Below are positions 10,564 through 21,074 of a stretch of DNA of 64,000 nucleotides, piece by piece. Positions within the stretch are counted from its first letter, which is position 1. Each line of letters begins with the position of its first letter. Source of the stretch: Candidatus Woesebacteria bacterium GW2011_GWA1_39_21. GTDB lineage: Bacteria > Patescibacteriota > Microgenomatia > UBA8517. The DNA lies in NCBI GenBank assembly GCA_000993685.1, contig LBWP01000003.1, forward strand, positions 6,196-70,195, read 5' to 3'. A program made the translations under genes and the position numbers. Under the pieces are notes generated by a model, which saw nothing but the letters and a program-made list of their open reading frames with translations, ran no database searches and was not told where the DNA came from.

Positions 10564-11640
10564 ATGAGGATCGCAATTCTCTCTTTCTACAGTGGAATAA
10601 ACCAAAGAGGTGTGGAACGTTGGGTTTATGATTTAGCTTCAAGGCTGTGGGTTACCCACGAAGTTACGGTTTTTCAAAATAACCCGTTAGGGATTAGGAC
10701 TAACTATAGTATTAGAACTTCTGGTATTAATTTTAATGAAGGTAAAACGCTAAGTGGGTGGATTGCGCGTCATTTATTTATTGATTACAAAAGTTTGAAG
10801 GTTTTGCATTTTACCTTGGCAATTTTAAAAACACTGTTTAAAGAAAATTTCGACATCGTAATTCCGACAGATGGTGGATGGGAACCAGCTATTGTCAGGA
10901 TTATAACCTGGCTAAGAAGAAAAAAAATGGTTGTTATTGGCCATGCTGGTATAGGATGGGACGACACCAATAATTTGTTATGTTTTCCTGATACTTTTGT
11001 CGCCCTGTCTTCGTATGCAAAAGTGTGGGCTGAAAAAACAAATCCCTTTGTCAAAACTGTATATATTCCAGACGGCGTAGATATGAAACTATTCAGACCC
11101 GACGGAGATAAAATTGATTTTGGTTTGAAAAGACCTTTGCTTCTGTGCGTTTCTTCGCTGGAAAAAGGCAAGAGGGTTGACTTAGTAATAAAAGCGGTTT
11201 CGCTTTTGAAAAATTATAATCTATTAGTGTGTGGGAGGGGAACACTGGAGAGAAAAATTTATAAATTTGGCCAAAAACTTTTGGGGAAAAGGTTCAAACT
11301 TAAAAGTTATGATTTTGATAAGATGCCTTTGGTCTATCGCTCGGCCGACGTTTTACTTTCTGCCTCGCTTCCGTCATATTCTTTTGAAATGGTTCTTGTT
11401 GAAGCAATGGCGAGCGGACTTTCTGTTATCGCAAATAACGATCCTATTCGAAGTGAAATTGTCGGAAAGGCGGGTTTTCTTATTGATGTGCGGGACACGC
11501 GACGGTTTTCTGAAGTAATTGGCAAAGTCCTTCAGAAACAAAACGCTCAAGGTTATTCTCTACATCAGGCGGGTAGATATTCGTGGGACAAGATATTATC
11601 CGAGTATGTAAGTTTATTTGAACGTTTGCAACAAAGTTAA
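10564..11640 (+). CDS. Glycosyltransferase family 4
   Basis: 'RGVER', 'DGVD', 'FEMVLVEAMASG'. Confidence 0.85.
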   Translation: MRIAILSFYSGINQRGVERWVYDLASRLWVTHEVTVFQNNPLGIRTNYSIRTSGINFNEGKTLSGWIARHLFIDYKSLKVLHFTLAILKTLFKENFDIVIPTDGGWEPAIVRIITWLRRKKMVVIGHAGIGWDDTNNLLCFPDTFVALSSYAKVWAEKTNPFVKTVYIPDGVDMKLFRPDGDKIDFGLKRPLLLCVSSLEKGKRVDLVIKAVSLLKNYNLLVCGRGTLERKIYKFGQKLLGKRFKLKSYDFDKMPLVYRSADVLLSASLPSYSFEMVLVEAMASGLSVIANNDPIRSEIVGKAGFLIDVRDTRRFSEVIGKVLQKQNAQGYSLHQAGRYSWDKILSEYVSLFERLQQS

Positions 11641-11649
11641 TTCAAGGTT

Positions 11650-12405
11650 ATGGCTCGATTGACAGTCACAATTATTACGTTGAATGAAGAAAAAGATCTT
11701 CCACGTTGTCTGGAATCGATAAAAAAGCTTGCCGATGAGATTGTTGTTGTTGATTCGGGAAGCACCGACCACACCGTTGATATCGCGCGGAAATATACTG
11801 CGAAAGTGTTTAAAAGGAAGTTTGATAACTATGCAAACCAAAAAAACTTTGCAGCACAAAAAGCATCAGGGGTATGGATTTTGTCTTTGGATGCGGATGA
11901 GGAAGTGGAATCCCAGTTGGCATCTGAGATTGCCTCTTGTATTAATAATAAGACTTTGAAATATTGCGCTTATTCGATTCCAAGAAAAAATATTATCTTT
12001 GGGAAGTTAATCAGGCACTCTCGTTGGCAAGCAGAGTTGGATAGACATGTCTGGCTGTGGAAGAAAGGTTTTGGGCAGTGGAGAGGTGATGTTCACGAAG
12101 AAGTTGAAGTCGATGGTTATGTTGGAAAAATGAACGGTGCAAAAATCCATCATCAATACCGAACTCTTAAAGAATTTTTCGCGATGATGAATCGTTATTC
12201 CGAATTTGAGTCCGAAGAGATTATTCGAAAAGGGGGGAATTTTTCATTATTCAAAATGATCTGTATACCCAAGTATAACTTTTTAGTTAGATATTTCTAC
12301 CGACTTGGATTTTTGGATGGCTGGAGAGGTTTTATGTTGTCATACCTTATGGCGATATACCATCTGATTGTTTGGGTAAAGGTTTGGACGAAAAGGAAAA
12401 TATGA
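11650..12405 (+). CDS. Glycosyltransferase family 2 (KdtX/WaaE-like)
   Basis: 'ITLNEE', 'DSGSTD', 'LDADE', 'GFLDGWRG'. Confidence 0.9.
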   Translation: MARLTVTIITLNEEKDLPRCLESIKKLADEIVVVDSGSTDHTVDIARKYTAKVFKRKFDNYANQKNFAAQKASGVWILSLDADEEVESQLASEIASCINNKTLKYCAYSIPRKNIIFGKLIRHSRWQAELDRHVWLWKKGFGQWRGDVHEEVEVDGYVGKMNGAKIHHQYRTLKEFFAMMNRYSEFESEEIIRKGGNFSLFKMICIPKYNFLVRYFYRLGFLDGWRGFMLSYLMAIYHLIVWVKVWTKRKI

Positions 12406-13880
12406 TTTATCTGGTAGTTTTTATAGGATTGATACTAAGACTTATTACGATAAATCAGTCTCTGTGGCTTGATGAAGCAATTGGAGCGATTGCGGCGAGA
12501 GAGATGTCGGTCTATCAAATGTTTGAAAGTTTTTTTACTGTCGATAATCATCCGCCTTTATATTATTTACTATTAAAGCTTTGGACAAGCATTTTTGGTT
12601 ATAGTGAATTTTCCTTAAGGTTTCCATCGATCCTGTTTTCCCTTTTAACGATTTATCTTGTATATAAAATTGCCCTTCTTATTCAACGGTTGGAAAAAGA
12701 CGATCATAAACCGATGCGAAGTGTCGGCTTGTTTACTTATCCGACTGTCGCAGCCTTACTCTTGGCAATTTCGCAGTTTAACATCTACTTTTCTCAGGAA
12801 GCAAGAATGTATTCGATGGCAGCTTTTTTTGCGTCGCTTCTCGTTTATTTTTTTATCAAACTTTACACCGTTCGGGTAAGTTGGTTCTACATGTTGGGAT
12901 TCTCTTTGGCACTCTTATGTCTCGGTACAACCGATTACTTGCCATACTTTCTTATTTTAACTATAGCTTTGTTTGCACTTGTCAAAAAATCGAGCTGGAA
13001 GTGGCTTTTTAATGTTTATACTTGCTTTATCCCGCTAGCAGTTTTTTGGGTGTTTTGGTTCACAACTTTTTCCAGGCAATCCCAGGGTGGATCTTGGTTG
13101 GTGACAACACTTCCCGCGTGGAAAAATCTCGCTGGCGGAGCAACTTTGAAACAGCTAATTCTCGTTTGGATCAAGTTTATTTTGGGAAGAGTGTCATTTG
13201 TGAATAAATATGTTTACGTTGCATTAGCTTTTCTATTTTCACTTCCCTACGCCACTTCTCTTATTTTGGCTTTTCGAAATCGTAATAAGAGAGGGATTTT
13301 ATGGTTATGGATGACGGCCCCTCTATTTTTAAGTTATTTAACATCTTTTGTGGTGCCATCTTTTGCATACTTCCGATTTTTGTTTGTGTACCCTGCTTTT
13401 GTACTTATTGTCGCTTGGGGGTTAGTAAATATAAAAAACGAACTTGCGAAGAAACTGGTTTTTTACTCGATAGTTATTTCAGCCTTGTTTTCGTGTATTT
13501 ATTATTATGGCAATTCTTCGCAGCAGAGAGAAAATTGGAGGGGGGCGGTCGCATTTGTTGAGGGTAATATTCAAAGGTCTGAAGTCGCCATCTTTGAATA
13601 CCCAGAACCGTTTGCGCCGTATAGATGGTATGAAAAAAGGCCAGCCTTCTCAATTGGTGTTACAGACTCTATTTCCGCGGGAAGTGAGGAAACACGCGAC
13701 ATTCTTATAAAAACAATTAATACGAAAACAGGGATCTACTATTTTGATTACCTTCATGACCTTTCTGACCCTCAAGACATAGTTCGAAAAACACTTACAG
13801 AACAGAAATTTTCAGCCAAGGAGATTGTTAGTTTTAGTGGTGTTGGACAGATATATCATTACAGAAAAGATTCATTATGA
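12402..13880 (+). CDS. GT-C (PMT-like) membrane glycosyltransferase
   Basis: 'QSLWLDEA', 'HPPLYY', 'SQEARMY'; start placed at the ATGA overlap (12402). Confidence 0.85.
   Translation: MIYLVVFIGLILRLITINQSLWLDEAIGAIAAREMSVYQMFESFFTVDNHPPLYYLLLKLWTSIFGYSEFSLRFPSILFSLLTIYLVYKIALLIQRLEKDDHKPMRSVGLFTYPTVAALLLAISQFNIYFSQEARMYSMAAFFASLLVYFFIKLYTVRVSWFYMLGFSLALLCLGTTDYLPYFLILTIALFALVKKSSWKWLFNVYTCFIPLAVFWVFWFTTFSRQSQGGSWLVTTLPAWKNLAGGATLKQLILVWIKFILGRVSFVNKYVYVALAFLFSLPYATSLILAFRNRNKRGILWLWMTAPLFLSYLTSFVVPSFAYFRFLFVYPAFVLIVAWGLVNIKNELAKKLVFYSIVISALFSCIYYYGNSSQQRENWRGAVAFVEGNIQRSEVAIFEYPEPFAPYRWYEKRPAFSIGVTDSISAGSEETRDILIKTINTKTGIYYFDYLHDLSDPQDIVRKTLTEQKFSAKEIVSFSGVGQIYHYRKDSL
12708..12730. repeat. 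REP-like mini-hairpin inside a CDS
   Basis: AAACCGATGC-GAA-GTGTCGGCTT, a stem with G-T pairs and a GAA loop. Confidence 0.4.
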
Positions 13881-15370
13881 AAACGGGTTTTGTTGCCACT
13901 TTGCTTAAAACCACGGTATTTATGCCGTGGATGAAGCAAATTTTCGCATTTAACGTATCTAATCGCAGGAAACAAACTTCCACAGCTTTCAAACCGTGGA
14001 AGTTTATTAATTGGGTGAAAACACACGTTACAGAACTAGTACTATTTCTGATAATTGCTCTCCATATCTCACTTCTTTTGCATCTGATATTTTTTCCATA
14101 TCCAGAACTTTTCGTATATTCGTTTCTATCCTCAAAAGGCTTATTGCCTTACAGAGATATTTTTGATCAGCACTTTCCCGGGATTATGCTTTTTCCGATT
14201 AATCTGTATTCGCTTGGCCTGGCAACTTTTGCAAGGATAAGAGTAGTTCATTTACTCTTAGTTGCCCTTAATCAGATTCTTTTGTATAAAATCGGTTGTA
14301 GAATAACAAACTCCAATAAAAAAGCGCTTCTGATGAATTTTTTTTATCTCCTCTGGCAACCTTACTTTGAGGGAAATGTTTTGTGGATTGAATCGTTTGT
14401 TACACCTCTTCTTCTTTTTTCTTACTACTTCCTCGACGCGAATTGCAGGAAACGGCTTTTCATTAGCGGTTTATTAATGGGTTTGGCACTGGTATTTAAA
14501 CAAGTTGTTTTCCCACTTATCTTGTTTGTTGTCGTCTACCTTTTTGTTAAAAATAGTAAAAAAATGTTTTTAGTTTATCTTTTTGGACTATCATTTTTCC
14601 CAATTTTGATGATAATGTTTGTTTTCTCAAAAGGTATTTTTGGTGAATTTCTTTATTGGACCGCAACTTTCAATCTCACGGTTTTTTCACAAATGGGCCG
14701 TAAGGATCCCAATTTAGCTGGTTTAATCCAGGCCGCACCCCTTTTCGCGCTGGGTTTTCTTTCTGCGTTTTTTGTGTTGGTCAAATTTGGGAAAAAATAT
14801 TTACCGCTTTTACTATTTGCAGCTGCGACCTTATTTTTTGCGTACGCTAGATATGATTTTATCCATCTCCAGCCGTCCCTGCCTTTTTTTATTTGCCTGA
14901 TAACTCTTTCTTTGTTTAGTATTAACCGTAGGTTACTAGTTATTTTTATAATTGTTTATATAACTCTTGCGTCATTTTTTATTATTCGCTTTTACAAGCT
15001 TAATTTTGGAAGTACAATCGTCTTTTGGGGAGAGACAGAGAAACTTGTTACCACTATTGTCAAGGAGAACACGAATCCTGACGATAAAATTTTTTCATAT
15101 GGCTCGATACCTGACATTTACTTCTTAACCAACAGACTTCCTCCGGGCAATAAGTTCGTATTTCAGTTTCCTTGGTTTATGAAAGTGGCAGAAAAAGACA
15201 TTTTAAAGGGTATAATACAAGATAGTCCGCAGATTGTTGTTGAAGAAGAAGGTGTTTATGTTCAAGGTTACAACTTAGATGATTATATGCAGAATATCCG
15301 TATGTACCTAGGTAGCAACTATGTACAGATTGGTAAAGTGGGAGAAATCAAAATTCTCAAAAAACTATGA
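13877..15370 (+). CDS. GT-C-like membrane glycosyltransferase with about 38 aa N-terminal insertion
   Basis: 'LPYRDIFDQHFPG', 'LVFKQ'; ATG overlaps the upstream TGA. Confidence 0.8.
   Translation: MKTGFVATLLKTTVFMPWMKQIFAFNVSNRRKQTSTAFKPWKFINWVKTHVTELVLFLIIALHISLLLHLIFFPYPELFVYSFLSSKGLLPYRDIFDQHFPGIMLFPINLYSLGLATFARIRVVHLLLVALNQILLYKIGCRITNSNKKALLMNFFYLLWQPYFEGNVLWIESFVTPLLLFSYYFLDANCRKRLFISGLLMGLALVFKQVVFPLILFVVVYLFVKNSKKMFLVYLFGLSFFPILMIMFVFSKGIFGEFLYWTATFNLTVFSQMGRKDPNLAGLIQAAPLFALGFLSAFFVLVKFGKKYLPLLLFAAATLFFAYARYDFIHLQPSLPFFICLITLSLFSINRRLLVIFIIVYITLASFFIIRFYKLNFGSTIVFWGETEKLVTTIVKENTNPDDKIFSYGSIPDIYFLTNRLPPGNKFVFQFPWFMKVAEKDILKGIIQDSPQIVVEEEGVYVQGYNLDDYMQNIRMYLGSNYVQIGKVGEIKILKKL
13894..14007 (+). 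mobile_element. IS200/IS605-like double-hairpin mini-element, in frame (114 nt, copy B)
   Basis: TTGT|13 nt|AAAA-CCACGG..CCGTGG-ATGAAG with outer stem TTTGCTT/AAGCAAA; second stem AAACTTCCAC/GTGGAAGTTT ending in TTAT. Confidence 0.65.
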
Positions 15371-16452
15371 AAATTGCAATTGACGCTTCCCAGGTAATAT
15401 ATGATACCGGAGTTTCCGTTTATACACGAAATCTAATCGGATCTATTCTTAGTATCGATAAAAAGGATAATTTTCTTTTGTTTGGCGGTTCTTTGAGAAG
15501 AATTCCAAAACTTGTTGACACATTTTCTAAATTGACGCAATTAAGCAATAATGCCCGTAGTATAGTTTTTCCAATACCACCTTTTTTATCAGATGTTTTG
15601 TTCAACCGTTTGGGTTGGAGTATAGATCCGCTAATTGGAAAAGCTGATATCTTTCACTCTTCAGATTGGACTCAACCTAGCAGCAGTGCCTTTAAAGTTA
15701 CTACAGTTCACGATTTAGTACCAATACTTTTTGAAAGAATGTCCCACCCTAAGATTGTTGAGGTGCATAAAAGGAGGCTTGAGAGGGTAATGAAATATGC
15801 TGATAGAATAATTGTGCCGTCGCAAACAACCAGAGATGATCTGCTGAAACTGGGGTGTCCTGAAAAAGTGATTAATGTTATTCCCGAAGCCGTTGACCCA
15901 AGTTTTCACAAGTGTACTCGTGAAATAGTGGAAAGTACAAGGAGAAGATATAATCTCAACTCAAAATATTTATTGGCGGTAGGCACAAGTTACAGGAAAA
16001 ACATTGAACGTATTATCCAGGCATTTGAAAAAGTCAGAGTGGGTCGAAGGTTGAAGCTTGTGGTAATCGGCGAAGTACGTAAACCTATGCATTTTGTTAG
16101 GAACGTTGTGTATTTGGGTAGCGTTACGCAACGAGACATTGTTCCGATGTATGCTGGGAGTGAAGCGCTTCTCTATCCATCGCTGTACGAGGGTTTTGGT
16201 TTACCGATTCTGGAGGCTTTTTCACTAGGTGTGCCAGTTCTAACCTCCAATCGTGGAAGCATGGGGGAAATTGCCGGAGACGCCGCAGTTTTAGTTGACC
16301 CGGAAAATTTGGACTCTATATCTAGGGGAATCGAAAAGTTGCTGGAAAACAAGAATTTTTATGCGAGGTTGGGCAAAAAGGAGATAAAGAAATATAGCTG
16401 GAGGAGTACTGCTTTATTGACCTTAAGTTTGTACAAAAATCTTGTTAAATAA
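15367..16452 (+). CDS. Glycosyltransferase family 4
   Basis: 'TGVSVY', 'TVHDL', 'PSLYEGFGLPILEA'. Confidence 0.9.
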   Translation: MKIAIDASQVIYDTGVSVYTRNLIGSILSIDKKDNFLLFGGSLRRIPKLVDTFSKLTQLSNNARSIVFPIPPFLSDVLFNRLGWSIDPLIGKADIFHSSDWTQPSSSAFKVTTVHDLVPILFERMSHPKIVEVHKRRLERVMKYADRIIVPSQTTRDDLLKLGCPEKVINVIPEAVDPSFHKCTREIVESTRRRYNLNSKYLLAVGTSYRKNIERIIQAFEKVRVGRRLKLVVIGEVRKPMHFVRNVVYLGSVTQRDIVPMYAGSEALLYPSLYEGFGLPILEAFSLGVPVLTSNRGSMGEIAGDAAVLVDPENLDSISRGIEKLLENKNFYARLGKKEIKKYSWRSTALLTLSLYKNLVK

Positions 16453-16453
16453 T

Positions 16454-17593
16454 ATGATTATTGGTATTGACGGAACTGAGGCAAATGAAGAAGTGAGAGT
16501 CGGGTCGTCGGAGTATGCCTATCAACTTCTCCATTCAATCTATAGGATATCGTCTCGCTCTGAGTCTCAAAATAAGTTTTTAATTTTCCTTAAACAGGAC
16601 AAGATTAATGGTTTACCCCCTGAAAATAAGCGGTGGAGTTACGAGATCATTCCGTCCGACAGGTTTTGGGTATTTAAGAAGTTGTTACCAAGACTTATTT
16701 TCGGCAGCAAAATAGATCTTTTTTTCAGTCCAACGCATTACTTGCCGATTTTTACAACGGTTCCGCAGATTTGCACAATACATGACTTGGGTTACCTCAT
16801 GTTCTTGGAACAATTTAGACGCTACGACTTTTGGCAGTTGAAGTATTGGAGCGCTATTTCCATAATTATATCAAAATGTATCATCGCTGTTTCAAAAACA
16901 ACAAGGGATGACATTGTACGACATTACCCTTTTTCTTCTAATAAAATAAAAATAATATATCACGGGTTAGATCATCACCTTTTTAATCAAAATATTCCTG
17001 ATATTCTTGTGCGACATATTCAAGATAAGTTTAAAATTGGTAAATACTATATCCTTCATTTAGGAACACTCAAGCCTTCTAAAAATATTGAAGGGATTAT
17101 CAAAGCATTCTCTCTTTTTGTAAAGGCGGGACACACTATGTCGACGGGATTTCAATTGGTGATTGCCGGAAAAAAGGGTTGGATGTATGAAAATATTTTT
17201 CAACTGGTTAAGGAGCAAAATTTGGAAAACAGAGTTGTTTTCACTGATTATGTAACAGAGGAGGAAAAGAGGGCTCTTTATAAAGGGGCATATGCATTGA
17301 TTTCTCCGTCATATTGGGAAGGTTTTGGAATGCATGCTCTTGAAGCAATGGCCTGTGGAACACCCGTAATTGTTAGCGGAAGCGGTAGTTTGCGTGAAAT
17401 TGCAGGTTCGGCGGGCATTTACGTTGACCCATACAGTGTGGAAAGTATTTATGGGGGCATTGAGAAACTGGTTTCGATGAAGATTTCGGAATATAATAAA
17501 CAATCGAGGATGTGTTTTGAGCGTACGAAAGCCTATACTTGGGAAAGTACAGCAAGGAAAACACTAGATCTGTTTGAAGGTTTCTCAAAGTAA
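16454..17593 (+). CDS. Glycosyltransferase family 4
   Basis: 'TIHDL', 'GTLKPSKN', 'PSYWEGFGMHALEAMACG'. Confidence 0.9.
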   Translation: MIIGIDGTEANEEVRVGSSEYAYQLLHSIYRISSRSESQNKFLIFLKQDKINGLPPENKRWSYEIIPSDRFWVFKKLLPRLIFGSKIDLFFSPTHYLPIFTTVPQICTIHDLGYLMFLEQFRRYDFWQLKYWSAISIIISKCIIAVSKTTRDDIVRHYPFSSNKIKIIYHGLDHHLFNQNIPDILVRHIQDKFKIGKYYILHLGTLKPSKNIEGIIKAFSLFVKAGHTMSTGFQLVIAGKKGWMYENIFQLVKEQNLENRVVFTDYVTEEEKRALYKGAYALISPSYWEGFGMHALEAMACGTPVIVSGSGSLREIAGSAGIYVDPYSVESIYGGIEKLVSMKISEYNKQSRMCFERTKAYTWESTARKTLDLFEGFSK

Positions 17594-17596
17594 AAA

Positions 17597-18232
17597 ATGA
17601 AGATTGCTAACTTAAATGTATCGTTTAAAGGGTTTTATTTTACGGATAAATATGGAGATACACTCACGCGTGCGCAAGCAACCCAAAAAATTTTCAGTAG
17701 AGTAAATAATATATTCATTGATATGGGGTTATTTTTTGTTCATAATGTAGGTTACATTCCAAGTCATCACATTAGAAGCATTGTCTATAAACTTGCTGGT
17801 GTAAAACTTGGAAAAGGAAGTGTTATTCACACTGGTTGTAAGTTTTTTGCGCCAACCGGTGTTGAAATTGGAAACGACTCGGTGATTGGATACAGAGCGT
17901 TTTTGGATGGGAGAGGGAAACTAAAAATTGGAAATCATGTTGATGTTGCAAGTGAAGTGATGGTTTATAATTCAGAACACGACATGAATGACCCAAAGTT
18001 TGAAGCAAAAATCGAGAGCGTGGAAATTGAAGACTATGTATTTATTGGACCTAGAGCTATTATTCTTCCAGGTGTCAGAATTGGATATGGCGCAATTGTT
18101 GCTGCTGGGTGTGTCGTAACAAAAAATGTTCCCAACTTTGCAGTTGTTGGTGGTGTGCCTGGGAAAGTGATCGGTGAAAGGAAAAATAAAAATCCAAATT
18201 ATATTTTGGGAAGACCGAGGCTTTTTCAATGA
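17597..18232 (+). CDS. Hexapeptide-repeat (LbH) O-acyltransferase
   Basis: '[22 protein letters not shown]...VVGGVPGK'. Confidence 0.9.
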   Translation: MKIANLNVSFKGFYFTDKYGDTLTRAQATQKIFSRVNNIFIDMGLFFVHNVGYIPSHHIRSIVYKLAGVKLGKGSVIHTGCKFFAPTGVEIGNDSVIGYRAFLDGRGKLKIGNHVDVASEVMVYNSEHDMNDPKFEAKIESVEIEDYVFIGPRAIILPGVRIGYGAIVAAGCVVTKNVPNFAVVGGVPGKVIGERKNKNPNYILGRPRLFQ

Positions 18233-18235
18233 CAA

Positions 18236-18790
18236 ATGAAAAAACTGGCAACAGCGGTATTTATCATAGGGTCCACAGCCCTACTTCTCTATTTGGTTTT
18301 GCCAAATCAACCCTTTCCAGCTGTTGATAACGCATCACTTCGGTCAAGTGAACCCGGCGATGTTGAATCTGATTTACGGCGTGGTTACTATAATAACAGC
18401 AACAGACAGGAGACGATTTCACTTTATCGTAGCAAGTTCAATCAACTCTCAATTTTTGGTAAAAAGTTAAACTATTTTTCTTTTACATTAAATTATCCGT
18501 CGGAAGAAGCACAAACACTAATTAGGGATCAGACAAGAAGTACGTACTTAGAGGAAATAGTCCACCCCATGCGCGAGTCGCTGTTTGTGAACGGTTTCGA
18601 ACCGAAAAAGGATAGCGATGTTATTTTTGTTAATGGTCAGAGTTACTTACAAAAGAACATTATTAAATTAGTCAATTCGACACTGTTTTTCAGACTTTTA
18701 CTAGGTATATTTGCCTTACTTTCAATTTTTCTTATCACAAAAGCTTGGACCAGTTATTATCAAGAATTTAAAACCAGTTTGTTGAAGTAG
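18236..18790 (+). CDS. Hypothetical protein with N- and C-terminal TM helices
   Basis: 184 aa, tightly packed in the operon. Confidence 0.6.
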   Translation: MKKLATAVFIIGSTALLLYLVLPNQPFPAVDNASLRSSEPGDVESDLRRGYYNNSNRQETISLYRSKFNQLSIFGKKLNYFSFTLNYPSEEAQTLIRDQTRSTYLEEIVHPMRESLFVNGFEPKKDSDVIFVNGQSYLQKNIIKLVNSTLFFRLLLGIFALLSIFLITKAWTSYYQEFKTSLLK

Positions 18791-18808
18791 AATCAGCTGA
18801 AAAAGCGT

Positions 18809-19738
18809 ATGGCTAATAAAAAAAACATAATGTTGTCGATTATCATTGTTAGTTTCAACACCAATAAAATATTAAAAAGTTGTATTGATTCGGTTATTAA
18901 AAATAGCGGCAATTTAAAGTACGAATTCGTTATCGTTGATAATAACTCAACAGATGGATCTGTTGCCTATTTGAAAAGACTTTCCCAATACAAGAATGTA
19001 AAGGTTGTTTTTAATCGAACCAACGTTGGTTATGGTGGTGCGAATAACCAGGGAATTAATCGGGCTTTGGGTGATTACCTACTATTTCTTAACTCAGACA
19101 CATATTTCGAAAAAAATATCTTAAAGAAAATGGTTGATTATTTAAAAAAACATCCCCACATTGGTTGTATAAGTTGTATGCTCAAAAATTCCGACGGTAC
19201 CATTCAAGGTACAGGAGGATATTTCCCAAATCTCTTAGGAGTTTTTTCATGGATGTTGATTCAGGATTTTCCTTTTATTGATAGACTTATCAAACCTTTT
19301 CATCCCATGAAGTCACGTTCATTTTTTAAGGGAACTGGATTTTATCTACATGAGAAAGAGCTTGATTGGGTAACGGGGGCGTTTATGCTGATGAGAAAAA
19401 AAGCTGTGAATGATACAGGCCTTTTTGACCCGCATTATTTTATGTATATGGAAGAAGTTGATTATCTTTTCAGAATGAAAAAGAAGGGTTGGAAAGTTTT
19501 ATATAAGCCGGATTGGTCAATTGTTCATCTGGGTGGAAAAAGTGGATCTGCAGGTTCTGGAATCCTTCTTGAATTTGAGGGTGTAAAGATATTTTACAAA
19601 AAACATTACCCTAAATGGCAATACGCGCTTTTAAGGGTTATTTTAAAAACAGGTGCGTTTTGGAGAATGTGTATATTTGGTTTACTTAAAGGTAAGGTGG
19701 ATTTTACGGTATATGCAAAAGCTTTCCAACAAATTTAA
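18809..19738 (+). CDS. GT2 (rhamnosyltransferase-like)
   Basis: 'IIIVSFN', 'FLNSD', 'YFMYMEEVD'. Confidence 0.9.
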   Translation: MANKKNIMLSIIIVSFNTNKILKSCIDSVIKNSGNLKYEFVIVDNNSTDGSVAYLKRLSQYKNVKVVFNRTNVGYGGANNQGINRALGDYLLFLNSDTYFEKNILKKMVDYLKKHPHIGCISCMLKNSDGTIQGTGGYFPNLLGVFSWMLIQDFPFIDRLIKPFHPMKSRSFFKGTGFYLHEKELDWVTGAFMLMRKKAVNDTGLFDPHYFMYMEEVDYLFRMKKKGWKVLYKPDWSIVHLGGKSGSAGSGILLEFEGVKIFYKKHYPKWQYALLRVILKTGAFWRMCIFGLLKGKVDFTVYAKAFQQI

Positions 19739-21074
19739 TCAAATTAATAAATACTTAGTGGCAGCTCTGATACTTACGATTCCGTTATATCAGAAATTTC
19801 CCTTTATTGGCGTTCCCGGAACTTTTGTATCAATAAGGATGGAAGATTTTCTGGTTCTGCTTTCGGTTACCGTTTTTATTATTATCAACTTTAAAAATGT
19901 TGTCAGATATGCAGAAAACCCGATTTTTAAGTCTGTGTTTTTGTTTTTCGCTCTTGCGTCCTTTTCACTGTTGTCTGCTATATTGATTACTAAAACAATT
20001 AGCCCAACAATTGGCGTTATACATCTCATCAGACGTGTCGAGTACATGAGCATGTTGTTTATTGGTTATTCCGCGATTTTTAACAATCGTAATAACCTTT
20101 CTTTTTACGTTAAATTAATATTAATCGTCGTCTTTTTATCTTTCACATACGGCTTGGGGCAACGCTACTTTGAATGGCCAATTATTATCACCCAAAACGA
20201 GGAATACTCCAAAGGAATTGCGTTGAGATTTGTGGAAGGTGGTCACATTAACTCAACGTTTGCCGGACATTACGACCTAGCAACTTACTTGGTAATGGTC
20301 ATGCCTTTGATTTTGAACATCTTCTTCTTTATTAAAAGGGGAGTTGGGAAATATATATTTTTTGTTGCCTATCTTTGCGGATTGTGGTTGTTGGTTAATT
20401 CGGCCTCGCGGATAGCGATGGTGTCGCTTCTGCTTTCTGCAAGCCTTGCACTTCTATTGACGAAAAAGTTTGTTAAAGCGATTCCGATTTTGATCTTAAG
20501 CATATTATTTATTGGATTTTCATCAAATTTGATTGTTAGGTACGAAAGACTGTTTACGATTGTCGGCGATGAAGCAAAACGTATTTTCAGCTACCAGATC
20601 ACGTCTGTGTATGCCCAGGGTGAAGATGGTCTAGAGAGGCGCGAAAGTGCACTACCAACACCAACTCCACTTCCTATATTTGAGGACAGATCGACATCGA
20701 TTAGATTAAATGTCGAGTGGCCGAGGGCAATTAGGGCGTTTGTCAAAAACCCGCTTTACGGAACTGGATATTCATCAATTACTTTGGCAACCGACAATGA
20801 TTATCTGCGGGCTTTAGGGGAAACGGGTCTATTGGGTTTCATTTCGTTTGCACTTGTAATTGCATGGCTTGTACTTAATTTTATAAAGATTTATCGAGAG
20901 AGTTTCGGATTTGAAAAAGTTTTTTTGAGCGGAATTTTCGGATCTTTGTTTGGAGTTTTGTTAAATGCGATGTTTATTGACGTTTTTGAAGCATCCAAAA
21001 TTGCACTTTCATTTTGGTTATTTATGGGAATGGCTCTGGCATTGAAGGTGAAAAAATATGAGAAAACTATTTAG
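19713..21074 (+). CDS. O-antigen ligase/polymerase family (Wzy_C) membrane protein
   Basis: Multi-TM; 'SASR', 'NPLYGTG', 'DNDYLRALGETGLLG'. Start refined to ATG 19713. Confidence 0.8.
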   Translation: MQKLSNKFNQINKYLVAALILTIPLYQKFPFIGVPGTFVSIRMEDFLVLLSVTVFIIINFKNVVRYAENPIFKSVFLFFALASFSLLSAILITKTISPTIGVIHLIRRVEYMSMLFIGYSAIFNNRNNLSFYVKLILIVVFLSFTYGLGQRYFEWPIIITQNEEYSKGIALRFVEGGHINSTFAGHYDLATYLVMVMPLILNIFFFIKRGVGKYIFFVAYLCGLWLLVNSASRIAMVSLLLSASLALLLTKKFVKAIPILILSILFIGFSSNLIVRYERLFTIVGDEAKRIFSYQITSVYAQGEDGLERRESALPTPTPLPIFEDRSTSIRLNVEWPRAIRAFVKNPLYGTGYSSITLATDNDYLRALGETGLLGFISFALVIAWLVLNFIKIYRESFGFEKVFLSGIFGSLFGVLLNAMFIDVFEASKIALSFWLFMGMALALKVKKYEKTI

